Below are positions 1 to 12,679 of a stretch of 64,000 bases of DNA, piece after piece. The DNA is from Eledone cirrhosa (Eukaryota): positions 1-64,000 of the forward strand of contig CAXHJY010000412.1 of assembly GCA_964016885.1 (NCBI GenBank). The letters run 5' to 3'. The stretch's first letter is position 1, and every line of letters begins with the position of its first letter. The notes beneath the pieces are model-generated. The model was not told the origin of the DNA and made no database searches. It saw only the letters and a list, made by a program, of their open reading frames with translations. Made by a program: the position numbers and the translations under genes.

Positions 1-23
1 GGGTATGCAATTTATTCATGGAT

Positions 24-110
<87 letters not shown>

Positions 111-204
111 CCCGGGTTCAATCGGAGTAACCACAGTAAGCAAAGTACTCAATAATTAGTAGAGTATATACAATGTTCAATATAGAATTGGCTTCTATTA
201 GGTA

Positions 205-495
205 TACTAGCAGAATGTCCCGGCGTTGCTCGGATTTGCTCTGGGGTTCTTATATATTTGATATATATTTGTCCTTATCGAGCCTCGTGAAATAAATTCG
301 TTTGTTTTATTTTGTTATTTTGTATGCAAAAATATATGTACACGAATATATATATATATATATTTATATATATTAAAATAACAGATTAAAGTTTAAGCAC
401 AGAATCGCTGCTTTCACCCTTAACGGGATCTTCTGAAACTAAATAAATCAATCTGTGAACGCAGAAGTAAATATTTCGAAAAACATTACACACGC

Positions 496-537
<42 letters not shown>

Positions 538-905
538 GCTATATATACATATACACACACACACACACAGATAGCGACGTCATAATGTCGTAATGCAGAC
601 AGCCAGACATACAGACAGATATAATAAGGGCGCAACTTTATATCTATGTATCTATCTGAAAAGACTAAGAATTATAGAGAGATCGCTAAATCGCCTAATG
701 CGATCCCTAGGGCATTGAAAATTTGAAATATGTTTTGCTCAAAACACCCACAGGACCATAAGTATTACATGTGTAAAGTTTGAAAACAATCGGTTGGGTA
801 GTTCTCGAGTTTTAGGGAGTCAGACAGACAGACAGACAGACATTCTCTGTTTTAGATTTATAGACTAGCAGAAATCCATCCGGTGGGCGGTTTTCTGCTA
901 GCAAA
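205..905. mobile_element. Non-autonomous Helitron/Helentron-like remnant (interrupted)
   Basis: Begins actagcagaatgtcccggcgttgctcgg. The 760-865 segment aagtttgaaaacaatcggttgggtagttc..(acag)n..tttatagactag resembles DINE-1/Lep1-type non-autonomous Helitrons. Short inverted repeat ctagcagaaa..tttctgctag at 865-901. Confidence 0.45.
390..440 (-). ncRNA. Type I hammerhead ribozyme, variant core CAGAAGA
   Basis: Minus strand reads agttt CAGAAGA TCCC gttaa GGGT GAAA GCA gcgattctg TGC TT aaact. Stems I, II and III all pair; core U4 is replaced by A. Confidence 0.55.
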
Positions 906-1399
906 TCTAGTGTATATACTGATATTGTTGAGATTTGGATGAGAAATGTTTTCGGCATCACATGTTCACCGCCTCTCGGTGTGTCTTTTATGCATGTATA
1001 AATATATATGTTATCTATACGGTGAAATCTTTGAAATAAATATATGTTACAACGAAAAAGGAGAAAAAGAGATTAGTGACGGAAATATAAACGTTATGAT
1101 ACATAAACGTTATGATATAACGATGGAAATATATCTTCAATGGTCCTGGGCATGGTGTCAAGTCAGAACCGCATCGAACTGGTTACTTCTGGCTTGTGCA
1201 AGGTGTCTCTATAGCAACCAGCGATTCCTCGGCCTCAGTGACCAAAGTCAGTGGAGAGGGGAAGGTAATGTTTCTATAGCGATGTGTTTCTCTTGGTAGT
1301 ACCAAAGTGGAGAAAGGAAGGGGAAGGTAATATTTCTGTAGCACCTACATTTGAGTTTTAGGAGGGACAGACAGACAGACAGACAAACAGAGAATGCCA

Positions 1400-1407
1400 T
1401 ATATTTC

Positions 1408-1466
<59 letters not shown>

Positions 1467-1492
1467 CACACACAGAAATGTATATATATTTC

Positions 1493-1523
<31 letters not shown>

Positions 1524-1600
1524 TACACACACAGAAATGTATATATATTTCTGTGTGTATATATATATATTACACACACAGAAATGTATATATATTTCTT
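1400..1600. repeat. Alternating inverted minisatellite (atttctgtgtgtg-(ta)n-cacacacagaaat)
   Basis: Three fold-back units in tandem; related units at 2160-2245. Confidence 0.8.
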
Positions 1601-1717
1601 AGAACAAAGTTATTATTAATGTTTTGCTGTTCATAACAATTGGAATTGAAAAATTACTTTTGAAATTATTAGTTATTTTACTAATGCTTAGATATGTAAA
1701 AATGAAGCAATGTTTCT

Positions 1718-1910
1718 AATAATTGTTTCTACTTTTGACACAAGGCCAGCAATTACCCAGTACATTACTGGTACTTTATTTTATCGACCCCGTGAGGATG
1801 AAAGGCAAAGTTAACCTCGGCGGTATTTGAACTCAGACCGTAAAGGGACGTAACTCCATGCTATGAAGCATGGTGTCCGACTATCTACAGATTCTGCCAA
1901 TCCACCGCCC
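1718..1910 (-). mobile_element. tRNA-derived SINE family 1 (Meta/MESC-like central domain), full length
   Basis: Reverse complement has A box tggcagaatctg, B box gagttcaaatacc, core ctttcatcctcacggggtcgataaaataaagtacc and tail gtgtcaaaagtagaaacaattatt. More than 30 copies or fragments occur in the window. Confidence 0.9.
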
Positions 1911-2543
1911 TAATGTCTGTACGTAATGAGGGAGTGAGAGGGGAGAGAAAGAAAGGCAGAGGTGAAGTGACGAAGTGACTCTCTCCTCCCCCTCCTCCTC
2001 CTCCTCCATCTCCCCATTCGTCACAGCGATAGAGGGAAGGAATGTTAGTGTGTTACAAATAGAAGAGTGAGAGTGAGAGAAACAGACAGACTAAAAGAGA
2101 GGGATAGCTGGAGAGAGAGAGAGATAGCAACAGATACAGTACAGTAGCTAAGGGATGTATATATATTTCTGTGTGTATATATATATACATTTCTGTGTGT
2201 GTATATATATATATATATTACACACACACAGAAATGTATATATGTTTCTGTAGCACTCCCCAATTCCCACCTCTCTCCCTCCCGCTATCCCCCTCTTGTA
2301 GTCTGTCTCTTTCTTTCACTCTCACTCTCTCTCTACGCGTCGCGTGCGCAAAAAACATTCGCACGCGCGCACGTGTTTCCACTGTCGGACAGACAGACAG
2401 GGAAATTGCTGATTCTATATTATAAGGAGATAGGTATATACATGTGTGTAAAGACAGTAACTTGTTGTGGTATAGTTGAAACATCGTGTTAGAAGTAAAG
2501 TTTTGTTTAAACGTACTGCAACTCCCTCATTTATTCATTTTGC

Positions 2544-2608
<65 letters not shown>

Positions 2609-2631
2609 TGTACTATGTTCTTTATTTATGT

Positions 2632-2848
2632 TCATACACGAAACACAGACGATACCAAAGGTTTCATTGCCCAAATTTGATCATACCTCCAGAATACAAC
2701 AGGCATCAAATGAGTGACCCTTCTCATAAACTAATAAACTCGTGCAAATGCCTGAAGAATGGTCACTGATTTTATAACTTGAGTATCGTGGATGTATGAT
2801 CACATTTAAGCCATGAAACCTTTGGTATCGACTGTATTTCGTGTATGA
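2632..2848 (+). mobile_element. PLE-like fold-back remnant with HHR-like motif (2752-2827)
   Basis: Inverted arms 2632-2667 and 2813-2848. Motif CTGAAGA ATGG..CCAT GAAA CC ttt GG TA; stem I pairs poorly. Confidence 0.55.
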
Positions 2849-2909
2849 GGTGACATAAATAATATAATATGATATTTCTGCTCTCTTGCCTATTGAGCAC
2901 TGTAAGCCT

Positions 2910-3009
<100 letters not shown>

Positions 3010-3105
3010 TTAAAATGTTTGAGTTAAAAACTCACAATATTCCATTATAATCGAATAAGCTCAAGGACGAAATTCCGAGGTGTCTAAAACACAGTAAAGA
3101 GAGAA

Positions 3106-3139
<34 letters not shown>

Positions 3140-3229
3140 TAATAATAAGTGTGAAGACTAACAGCCGAAGAGGGCTCGATAAAAATATATAAAACCGTAG
3201 AGCAAATATTTATAAACTTAAAAGATTAA

Positions 3230-3330
3230 AGTGTAAGCAAAGAATCGCTGCTTTCACCCATAAAGGGATCTTCTGAAACTGTTTCAGAAGATCCCTTTAA
3301 GGGTGAAAGCAGCGAGTCTTTGCTTAAACT
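3230..3330. ncRNA. Head-to-head pair of CAGAAGA-core hammerhead motifs (3230-3280 minus, 3281-3330 plus)
   Basis: Plus copy: gttt CAGAAGA TCCC tttaa GGGT GAAA GCA gcgagtctt TGC TT aaac. An inverted copy abuts it at 3280/3281. Same family as 390-440. Confidence 0.55.
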
Positions 3331-3635
3331 TTAATCTGTTATTTTAATAAATAAATAAATAAATATAAATAAATATATATATAAATATAATACACATATA
3401 CATCAACAAAACACACGTAAAATTGAACACACACAAAAAAATCAGGCGCACACATGCGACGGAGGACCAACTCCTTAAAGCATACAGACGATAACCCCTA
3501 GATACTTTCTCGTCGGCCATGTTGTATTCCTGAAATAGATAGCTGGTTGTATATAGAGTACGTAATGTGATCAAGTGAATAGTTTAGCGTGTTAGGATAC
3601 ATAAGTGAAAACAAATATAAAAAGTATCATGTACT

Positions 3636-3674
<39 letters not shown>

Positions 3675-3836
3675 GTGTGTGTATAAATATATGTATGTAT
3701 GTATGTATAACATAAATATACGTAATATACCCAAATATATAACCGATACATATATACAACTAAAACGAACAAACATAAAAGCGCCTGATATACACATACA
3801 TACATATATATATATATACACATACACACCTATATG

Positions 3837-3923
<87 letters not shown>

Positions 3924-4112
3924 GTATATATGTATATATGTGTGTATATAAAAATATATATATATATGTATATATATATATGTATATATATATCTATATA
4001 TATATATATAGATATATGTATGTATATAAATATATATATATATGTATATATATATGTATACATATATATGTATATATATATATATATGTATGTATATATA
4101 TATGTATACATA

Positions 4113-4196
<84 letters not shown>

Positions 4197-4265
4197 TATA
4201 TATGAGAGAGAGAGAGAGGTAAATAAACAAATGCAAATAAGAGGCAAGTAGAACAAAGAGGGTTC

Positions 4266-4338
<73 letters not shown>

Positions 4339-4629
4339 GTTATGTATATATGTATATATATATATATATACTTATGTATATATACGTGTGTCTGTGTGTG
4401 ATAAATCTCGTTCGTTTTTGTGAAGAAACGAAAAAAACAAAACCAGAAGAGTTTCTGTGTTTTGACCCCTGTGTACACAGACAAAAGACAAACACGATAA
4501 AAGCTGATCCCCGGGTAGAATAGGGGTGGGTCGGAAGCAGGAAGGGTGTGAAGTAGTTCACTCCCTCCCCTACTCCTTCGCTCTCTCTATCTTTCACCCA
4601 TATATATATATATATACACACACACACAA

Positions 4630-4669
<40 letters not shown>

Positions 4670-4675
<6 letters not shown>

Positions 4676-4769
4676 GTTTCTACTTTAGGCACAAGGCCAG
4701 CAATTACCCAGTACATTACTGGTACTTTATTTTATCGACCCCGTAAGGATGAAAGGCAAAGTCAACCTC

Positions 4770-4770
<1 letters not shown>
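4670..4770 (-). mobile_element. SINE family 1, 5'-truncated
   Basis: Matches the 3' half of 1718-1910. Confidence 0.85.
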
Positions 4771-4853
<83 letters not shown>

Positions 4854-4895
4854 GAATACTGTTAGCTTCTCGCTACAACAATTTCTATACTTTTC

Positions 4896-4944
<49 letters not shown>

Positions 4945-5046
4945 CATATACATATACGTATATATATATATATATATATATGTATATGTATATATGTATA
5001 TGTATATATATATGTATATGTATATATATATGTATATGTATATATA

Positions 5047-5079
<33 letters not shown>

Positions 5080-5139
5080 CTATATCTATATTTATATATC
5101 TACACACGCATACATATATATATAGACACAAACACATTA

Positions 5140-5179
<40 letters not shown>

Positions 5180-5409
5180 GTATATATATATATATTAGAC
5201 ACAAACATATTAATACATATATATATATACACACACACATACATATACGTACATACAAACACACATACACACACACACACACGTAGACATAGATACATAC
5301 ATACATAAACAAACATACACACATTCCTTGTCTTTCCTCTTCACAGTTATCCAACCTGCTGACATCAAAGGGAGACAAAAGGAAAACATCTGGGTAATAT
5401 TACGGGGTG

Positions 5410-6043
5410 GGTGGGTGGGGTGATAATGGTAGTAGTAGTGGTGGTGGTGGTGGTAGTGGTGCTGGTACTAGTGGTGGTGGTGGTAGTAGTTGTGGTGGTG
5501 GTAATAGTGGTGGTGGTAGTAGTGGTGGTGGTGGTAGTGGTGCTGGTAGTGGTGGTGGTGGTAGTGGTGGTGGTGGTGGTAGTAGTAGTAGTGGTGTTGG
5601 TAGTAGTAGTGGTGCTGGTACTAGTGGTCGTGGTGGTGGTAGTAGTAGTAGTGGTGCTGGTAGTAGTAGTGGTGCTGGTTGTAGTAGTGGTGCTGGTTGT
5701 AGTTGTGGTGCTGGTAGTAGTTGTGGTGCTGGTAGTAGTAGTGGTGCTGGTAGTAGTTGTGGTGCTGGTAGTAGTAGTAGTCGTGGTGGTGGTGGTGTAG
5801 TAGTTGTTTAGGTAGTAGTGGTAGTAGAGAGTAGTGGTGGTAGTAATGGTGGTTCTGGTGATGGTGGCAGTAGTGGTGGAGTTGTTTAGGTAGTAGTGAT
5901 GGTTCTAGTATTGGTGGTGGTGGTAGTAATAGTAGTTTAGGTAGAAGTATATAGTAGTATATAGTAGTAGTAGTAGTAAGTGATGGTGATAGTAGCAGAC
6001 TAGTTTTAGTAGTAGTAGGAGGAGTAATAGTAGCAGCAGCAGC

Positions 6044-6099
<56 letters not shown>

Positions 6100-6115
6100 C
6101 AGTAGTAGTAGTAGA
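5410..6115. repeat. (GGT/AGT/GCT)n trinucleotide low-complexity tract
   Basis: Visible directly; source of the poly-Gly/Ser/Val ORFs. Confidence 0.9.
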
Positions 6116-6320
6116 GATTTTCTTTGTTTCTGTATGCCGTGCCACAAAGGATAAATCATACACACGTGTGTCTTTGCTACACAAACATACCTGGGATTTG
6201 AACAAACATTTATATAAATACAATACCCACTGTATCAAATATACAATAGTGTGTTAAATAATATCAGCTTACACCCATATAAATATGTGCGTGTGCGCAT
6301 GGTTATATATATATATATAT

Positions 6321-6693
6321 TGTTATACTTTGGGAGGGTCATGTTGCCAATAAGAAACACACGCACCAGTTGCTTTCACTTCAATTTATTATAACAAATT
6401 TATAAATTTAGGAATTTATAAATTTCCGGTTGGTTGGTTCCACAACCAGATGGTTGTTTATATATTGTCAAAGTTCTTTCGTCACACATTCTGTGACCTC
6501 TTCAGTGACTGGGGATTCTTTTCTTTGTTTTTGTGCCTCTCCTTTGTTCTGTCCTACGCCATCTTGTTTCTGTGTGAAAGCAACTGGTGCGTGTGTTTCT
6601 TATTAGCAACATGACCCTCCCAAAGTATGACAATATCGGTTTCAACACACGTTTTCAGATAAAGAATCTTGCTAAACAAATTCAGAAACGAAA
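6321..6693 (-). mobile_element. Non-autonomous PLE-like unit with inverted arm
   Basis: Inverted repeat 6321-6379 / 6574-6632, flanked by (TA)n, containing an HHR. Homologous to 59155-59505. Confidence 0.75.
6467..6509 (-). ncRNA. Minimal type I hammerhead ribozyme
   Basis: Minus strand: gtca CTGAAGA g GTCACA gaatg TGTGAC GAAA G aa C TT tgac. Confidence 0.7.
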
Positions 6694-7071
6694 TATATAT
6701 ATATATTTCAATATATATTATATTTCAACCTTAGTCCCTGAGTCTGTATGTACGTTAACTCTATTATCTTACAATTTCTTTTTTCAACATATATTATCTA
6801 CGTATTTGTGGTCACACATACACTGATATGGTTGCCCTCATGAATGTACTTACGCACACATTTTTTCACTATACACATGCATTTGTACATACACACATAT
6901 GTACATTTGTAGGTGCATATACACACATTTATACACATACCCTTACAATATTTCCTTATTTTATTTTTATATATCTCTTGCATTACTTTTATTTATATAT
7001 ATATTTTTTTTGCCCGTTAAACCTTTGCCTTTCTTGAGGAGATTTTTCAAAAATTTCACTGTTTTAAATTG

Positions 7072-7131
7072 CCTTGTCTGACGAGGACGTTTCTTGTATT
7101 CGTCTTATTCGGGAAACCTCTGGTAATGAGG
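7072..7131 (+). ncRNA. Type I hammerhead ribozyme (irregular stem II)
   Basis: ccttgt CTGACGA GGACG..CGTCT tattcgg GAAA CC tct GG TA atgagg; GUA cleavage triplet. Confidence 0.6.
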
Positions 7132-7157
7132 TAATTATATTGCATTGTTTATTATAC

Positions 7158-7199
<42 letters not shown>

Positions 7200-7212
7200 C
7201 ATATATATATAT

Positions 7213-7419
7213 ATAGGAAAAAGTTTAACCCCGACGGCAGAGCTCAAGCCGTTTCGACGGCTATTTCTGGACTCCAGAAATAGAGTCCAGAAATAGCCGT
7301 CGAAACGGCTCGAGCTCAGCCGTCGGGACTAAACGTTTTCCTATTACCCACTCTACTACCCTAAGTATTGAGTACTTTGGTGCGTTATGATCCATCTGGT
7401 TCCTTACCACACCTCCTTC
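7213..7419 (+). mobile_element. Short (TA)n-embedded fold-back element, family P (copy 1)
   Basis: A ~150-bp body ending ..ggttccttaccacatttccttcgtta plus an inverted copy of its 5' ~60 bp. Carries the HHR 3' half GAA-ACGGCT..AGCCGT-C. Confidence 0.85.
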
Positions 7420-7521
7420 AACAAATTTATTTATAGCAGATTCGAAGCACTCGACCAGTTTTCTGGAGTATAATATCAATGATATTAATAAATGGAAACT
7501 ATATTTATAAAAACCATATTT

Positions 7522-7580
7522 ATTCTATTATATATATTTCAAGGGTACCAAAACTTTGGTACGCTCTCATCAGATAAAAT
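7522..7580 (-). ncRNA. Type I hammerhead ribozyme (family Q)
   Basis: Minus strand: attttat CTGATGA GAG c GTACCAAA gt TTTGGTAC c CTT GAAA TATATA TA atagaat. Confidence 0.7.
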
Positions 7581-7821
7581 ACAAAGTTTGTTTTATAAAT
7601 AGTGACATACCCAGGAATCAGACCTTAACGGTTCAAGTTCCGCCTGGATAGTGAACGGAAAGAGGGAAAAGGGGAAGAATGGAAAAAACAAACATTTCAA
7701 ATTATTTTGATGAATTTGCAAATGAAGTTGAAACGTAGGGCTGAAAAAATCGTTATTTATAGACGGCAGATAGATTTAACTAATTATTAGGATACATATA
7801 TATGGGAAGAAGGAAGAGAAG

Positions 7822-7893
<72 letters not shown>

Positions 7894-7896
<3 letters not shown>

Positions 7897-8061
7897 CGAA
7901 GGAAATGTGGTAAGGAACCAAGTGGACCATAACGCACCAAAGTACTCAATACTTAGGGTAGTAGAGTGGGTAATAGGAACGAGTAGGACCCCGACGGCTG
8001 AGCTCAAGCCGTTTCGACGGATAATTCTGGACTTAGTCCAGAATTAGCCGTCCTACTCGTT

Positions 8062-8065
<4 letters not shown>
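7894..8065 (-). mobile_element. Family P fold-back element (copy 2)
   Basis: Near-identical to other family P copies; lies between (TA)n tracts. Confidence 0.85.
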
Positions 8066-8104
<39 letters not shown>

Positions 8105-8131
8105 GTGTATATATATATATATATATATATA

Positions 8132-8334
8132 TAACGAAGGAAATGTGGTAAGGAACCAGGTGGACCATAACGCACCAAAGTACTCAATACTTAGGGTAGT
8201 AGAGTGGGTAATAGGAACCAGTAAGACCCCGACGGCTGAGCTCAAGCCGTTTCGACGGCTAATTCTGGACTCTCCAGACTCGTCCAGAATTAGCCGTCGA
8301 AACGGCTTGAGCTCAGCCGTCGGGGTCTTACTGG

Positions 8335-8337
<3 letters not shown>
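8132..8337 (-). mobile_element. Family P fold-back element (copy 3)
   Basis: As above; the inverted arm matches this copy's own variants (ccagtaagacccc / ggggtcttactgg). Confidence 0.85.
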
Positions 8338-8403
<66 letters not shown>

Positions 8404-9029
8404 TTACAGTGTACGTGAATTTAAAAATTGAAACGTTAAAAATTAAAAGTTTGTTGAAGTGGTGGAATATCAATTCAGAATTTAAAAAATATTTAACTAA
8501 ATCATGAGTTATAATATTATATATATAATCATTATAATTAGATTATATGAAGAATTATGGTTGTAAGTACATTTTATCTTATTATATTACAACAGGTTGT
8601 AAGTATATAAATATCTATATAGAATAATAATTATATAAATATATTTACTATTGGTGATGAAATGCTGTTATTTTTTATAGATATATAGCACGCGTATTAA
8701 TTTGTTTCTAATAAGAGTTACGAAGGATGTTGAGTTAACATTTTAAATATATAGTTAAGAAAAGAGACGTATTCAAATTTTAAGAGAAGAGAATTTTTGT
8801 ACATTTAAATCTTGAAATCATCAAAAACTGAAAATATTTACAGAAAATTATTAAGTTAGCGAATTTACATAGAGCTTAACATACAAGTTATTGTGTCCAT
8901 GTTTGTTCCATTGTAAAGGAAAAGATAACTCCAATATTATTTGTTAAACTATTGATGTTAGATTTGATGAATAATTTTCTTAGAAAATACGGAAAGTATG
9001 TAGATAAAATTATATATTACTTTATGTGA

Positions 9030-9169
9030 GAAATCGAGAATAATTATAAAATCGTTAACTTCTTAGATGTAATTTTAACCTCAGCTCAGGTCTTTATTAT
9101 CTTTTCCTTAAAATTGATGAAAATCTAAATTACGTAAGCTTCAATTCTAATCATCCTAGAAATATAAAA
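9030..9169 (+). pseudogene. Degenerate Penelope-like reverse transcriptase fragment (C-terminal RT/thumb region)
   Basis: Manual translation with one frameshift gives EIENNYKIVNFLDVI/NLSSGLYYLFLKIDENLNYVSFNSNHPRNIK, matching the PLE RT pattern NFLDV..Y..SNHP. The AT-rich decayed sequence from ~8400 may belong to it. Confidence 0.75.
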
Positions 9170-9243
9170 TTTCACGCATCTCAGCTAATATAAGAGAATA
9201 AATATGGTTTTATAACTATAGTTTCCATTTATTGATATCATTA

Positions 9244-9315
<72 letters not shown>

Positions 9316-9362
9316 TCTTGACTGTTTTCAAGTCCAGCAGTCGCAAGCGTGGGGGGGGGGGG

Positions 9363-9406
9363 ATTGTCCTGATGAAGACCAAATAAGTCTGAAATACATC
9401 GACGAT
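9363..9406 (+). ncRNA. Minimal type I hammerhead ribozyme
   Basis: attgtc CTGATGA AGAC caaataa GTCT GAAA T ac A TC gacgat. Canonical core, 6-bp stem I, AUC triplet. Confidence 0.85.
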
Positions 9407-9505
9407 TATCCTCCTTGCTTCTGCTGGACACCACCAGAGGAAGCTACGGCTTCCTAAATGTTTACCCTGAAAACATACCGTGTTTCTTTAGAAATACGAA
9501 ATTTC

Positions 9506-9584
<79 letters not shown>

Positions 9585-9589
<5 letters not shown>

Positions 9590-9795
9590 AAAAAGTATGA
9601 CCCCGACGGCAGAGCTCAAGCCGTTTCGACGGCTATTTCTGGACTCAGAAATAGCCGTCGAGAAATAGCCGTCGAAACGGCTTGAGCTCTGCCGTCGGGG
9701 TCATAATTTTTCCTATTTCCCACTCTACTACCCTAAGTATTGAGTACTCTGGTGCGTTATGGTCCATCTGGTTCCTTACCACAATTCCTTTGTTA
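9585..9795 (+). mobile_element. Family P fold-back element (copy 4)
   Basis: As above; lies between (TA)n tracts. Confidence 0.85.
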
Positions 9796-10608
9796 TATAT
9801 ATATATATACACAGATATATAATATAATATAGATAATAATAAGAAGTTGACGGACCCGGCGTATTTAACAAAACCAGGACCGGTTGTATCTCAGCGTACT
9901 CAATAGGTAATGTAGGATACATTCCAGAGTATACACATAGTTATTCGCTTCAACGCAACACACGTAAACGGGTGCCTTAAGGGTTGCACACTTTTTTCGG
10001 GTGTGTGTGCGACCCCAAGGCGCCTCCTCCCTATTGAGGATTTTGTTATTCAATTATTTTTGTTATATTTTATATTTTATATTTTTATATTTTGTTATTG
10101 CCTCCTCTTTATTGAGGACGCCTTTTTTATGTAAACTCCCCCATTGTACTTGTCCAACTCTTTGATGCCCTGGCGGCCAATAAAAAGAAATTTATATTAG
10201 TTCCCGGACTCGAGTTTCAGCCACACTTAATGCAGCAATAGGGTGCACTGCACCCTCTCTCTGCATATATTATGCAACAATGCATAATCGACGCATATAT
10301 ATATATATATATTATCAAGCTGGTATGGATGAAAGACCAAGTTATCCGTCAGCGGTATTTGAACTCACAGTAAAACCTTCTATCTGACGTTCTAACAACT
10401 CTCTCAATTCACGCCCGTCTTGTTATAAATAGGGGAAGGTTTATACCGTAATCTCGTGGCATGTCACAAAAAATATTTTGCAAACAAGCATCGTTAGGGT
10501 GTTTACAATAAACATTCGCGATAAGGGGTGAAAAAAGGCTTTATATCTCTATGAATGTATATATGTTTAAATGTAAGTGTCTATGCATGTATGTGTGCGT
10601 ATTTACAT

Positions 10609-10641
<33 letters not shown>

Positions 10642-10658
10642 GAGAGAGAGATAGATAT

Positions 10659-10700
<42 letters not shown>

Positions 10701-10749
10701 GTTCATCCATACACACAGATACACACACATACATTTATAAATATACATG

Positions 10750-10794
<45 letters not shown>

Positions 10795-10887
10795 TTATAC
10801 GTTTATATATCGTACTGCCTCTGTTCTGTCCCTGTTCAACTTTTCATTATATATATATATATATCAATATAGATGTATATATAAATG

Positions 10888-10947
<60 letters not shown>

Positions 10948-11040
10948 AATGTATATATAAATGTATATATAAATATATATAGATATGTATATACATGTAT
11001 ATATACACACATATATATAATACAAGTATATATATGTATG

Positions 11041-11087
<47 letters not shown>

Positions 11088-11100
11088 GTGTGTGTTTGTT

Positions 11101-11139
<39 letters not shown>

Positions 11140-11499
11140 GAATAATGTACAAACTAGACGCTAATTACTCAAAGGAAAACGGTTTAGATAAGGAACAAAA
11201 TAGGTGAAAGGTTAAAAGCAAATAATACGGAATTAAACGAAAGATAAGAATCAAAAGGGAACGAAAGTCCTAAAGAATGAACGAAAAGAGAAGAAAAAAA
11301 AGCGACGAAGCTCAAGAGTTAATGTAGAGATAAGCTCTCCATGATCGGTGTCCTGCATGGAGGAACATAGACGACCTGGGCTAATAAGAAAAGAAAAAAG
11401 CCAGCAATGGTTTAAAAGCAGAGGAATAAAAGTAAAAAAAATGATAGGTTTGAAATTTGCTGCACAAGATCAATGTAAAACCTTTCCCACCCCAGCCCA

Positions 11500-11990
11500 C
11501 ACCTGAAAGAAAAACAAAAGCAAAAAAAATAATAATAATAATAAATATATGAAAATAAAACCAACAAAAATATATACGAAAAAAAAAACAAGAAAATAAT
11601 ATGCGAGTAAAAAAGGACAAAATTACATACACGAAAAAAAACAAAAAAAACAAACTAAAATATACAAAAAAACAACAAAAATATACTGAAAAAAACCAAC
11701 AAAATTATACTGAAAAAAACCCATTAAAATATGTGAAAAAACAAAATTATACTAAAAAAACAATAAAATATATATATGTAAACAAAACAACAAAATTATA
11801 CTAAAAAAACTAATAAAAATATACGAAAAAAAAACAACAAAAATATACTGAACAAAACAAAATATACGAAAAAACAACAAAATTATACCGAAAAAAATAT
11901 ATGTAAAAAAACACCAAAAATATATGAACAAAACAACAATAAAAAACATACGTTAAACAACAATAACAGCAACCAGTAAATTAAAATAAT
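11500..11990. repeat. A-rich degenerate minisatellite (aaaacaacaaaatatacgaaa-like)
   Basis: Repeated 20-25 bp A-rich units. Confidence 0.7.
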
Positions 11991-12034
11991 AAAATAGGAA
12001 GAGGAAGTTTGTTAATTTAAATAAATGTGGTTAC

Positions 12035-12144
12035 CTTCCTTGTCTTTTATACTTTCGTTTGGTGTTTATTTTTTCGAGCTGAGGTTCTTTGTCAAGAAAG
12101 AAAAAAGGGAGGTAAATCCGTATGCTGCAGGTGTATTCATTGAA
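12035..12144 (-). other. Candidate 110-nt spliced exon
   Basis: Minus-strand acceptor ttgtttcttttcag and donor AAG|gtaacc bound a unique island. One frame is open (FNEYTCSIRIYLPFFFLDKEPQLEKINTKRKYKRQG); I recognise no homology. Confidence 0.3.
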
Positions 12145-12292
12145 CTGAAAAGAAACAATTGACCATGTCATTTCCGGGTCCCCAGAATAATATCCCTAGA
12201 AGAAAGAAGAAAAAAGAGGGAATAAGTTCAACAGACATAACAGAGCTCGTTGCTATAGCGATTGCGTAATGTGCAGATACAGACATATATAT

Positions 12293-12390
12293 ATAAAGGT
12301 GCCCCCAAAAATGTATACGTACTTCAACAACATTCTGAAAATTATTGCCTGTACAGATAACCAAAGTGAAAATAGAATTTTTGGGCCACC

Positions 12391-12394
<4 letters not shown>
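12293..12394. mobile_element. Tc1/mariner-type MITE (~100 bp)
   Basis: Imperfect TIRs aaggtgcccccaaaaat / atttttgggccaccgtg, resembling CAGGGTGGCCCAAAA. Confidence 0.55.
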
Positions 12395-12426
<32 letters not shown>

Positions 12427-12679
12427 GTGTGTGTGTTATTTAATATAGAAATGGCTTCTACAGTACTAGAACTGCTTCTTTCATCTAGTCCTTTAGAAGC
12501 CATTTCTATATTAAATAATGATGTTTGCACTCTACTAATGTATTGAGTACCTTTTTAACTGTAGTTACCTCGAACCCACCCGGGTTATATATATATATAT
12601 ATATATATATATCCAGGGAGTGTAACGCGGAGTTACTGTAGGTTCATCTGGGTGAGGACTCGATGTTTAGGTCCACGCA

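Noticed and set aside
946-1299. 117-aa ORF
   Set aside because: No recognisable domain; it lies within probable Helitron-like interior sequence.
5407-5811. Gly/Ser-rich structural protein ORF
   Set aside because: Trinucleotide microsatellite mosaic with no splice or domain support.
7780-8507. Recurrent peptide VVRNQVDHNAPKYSILRVVEWVIG in several ORFs
   Set aside because: Reflects copies of the non-coding family P repeat; there is no start/stop context or protein homology.
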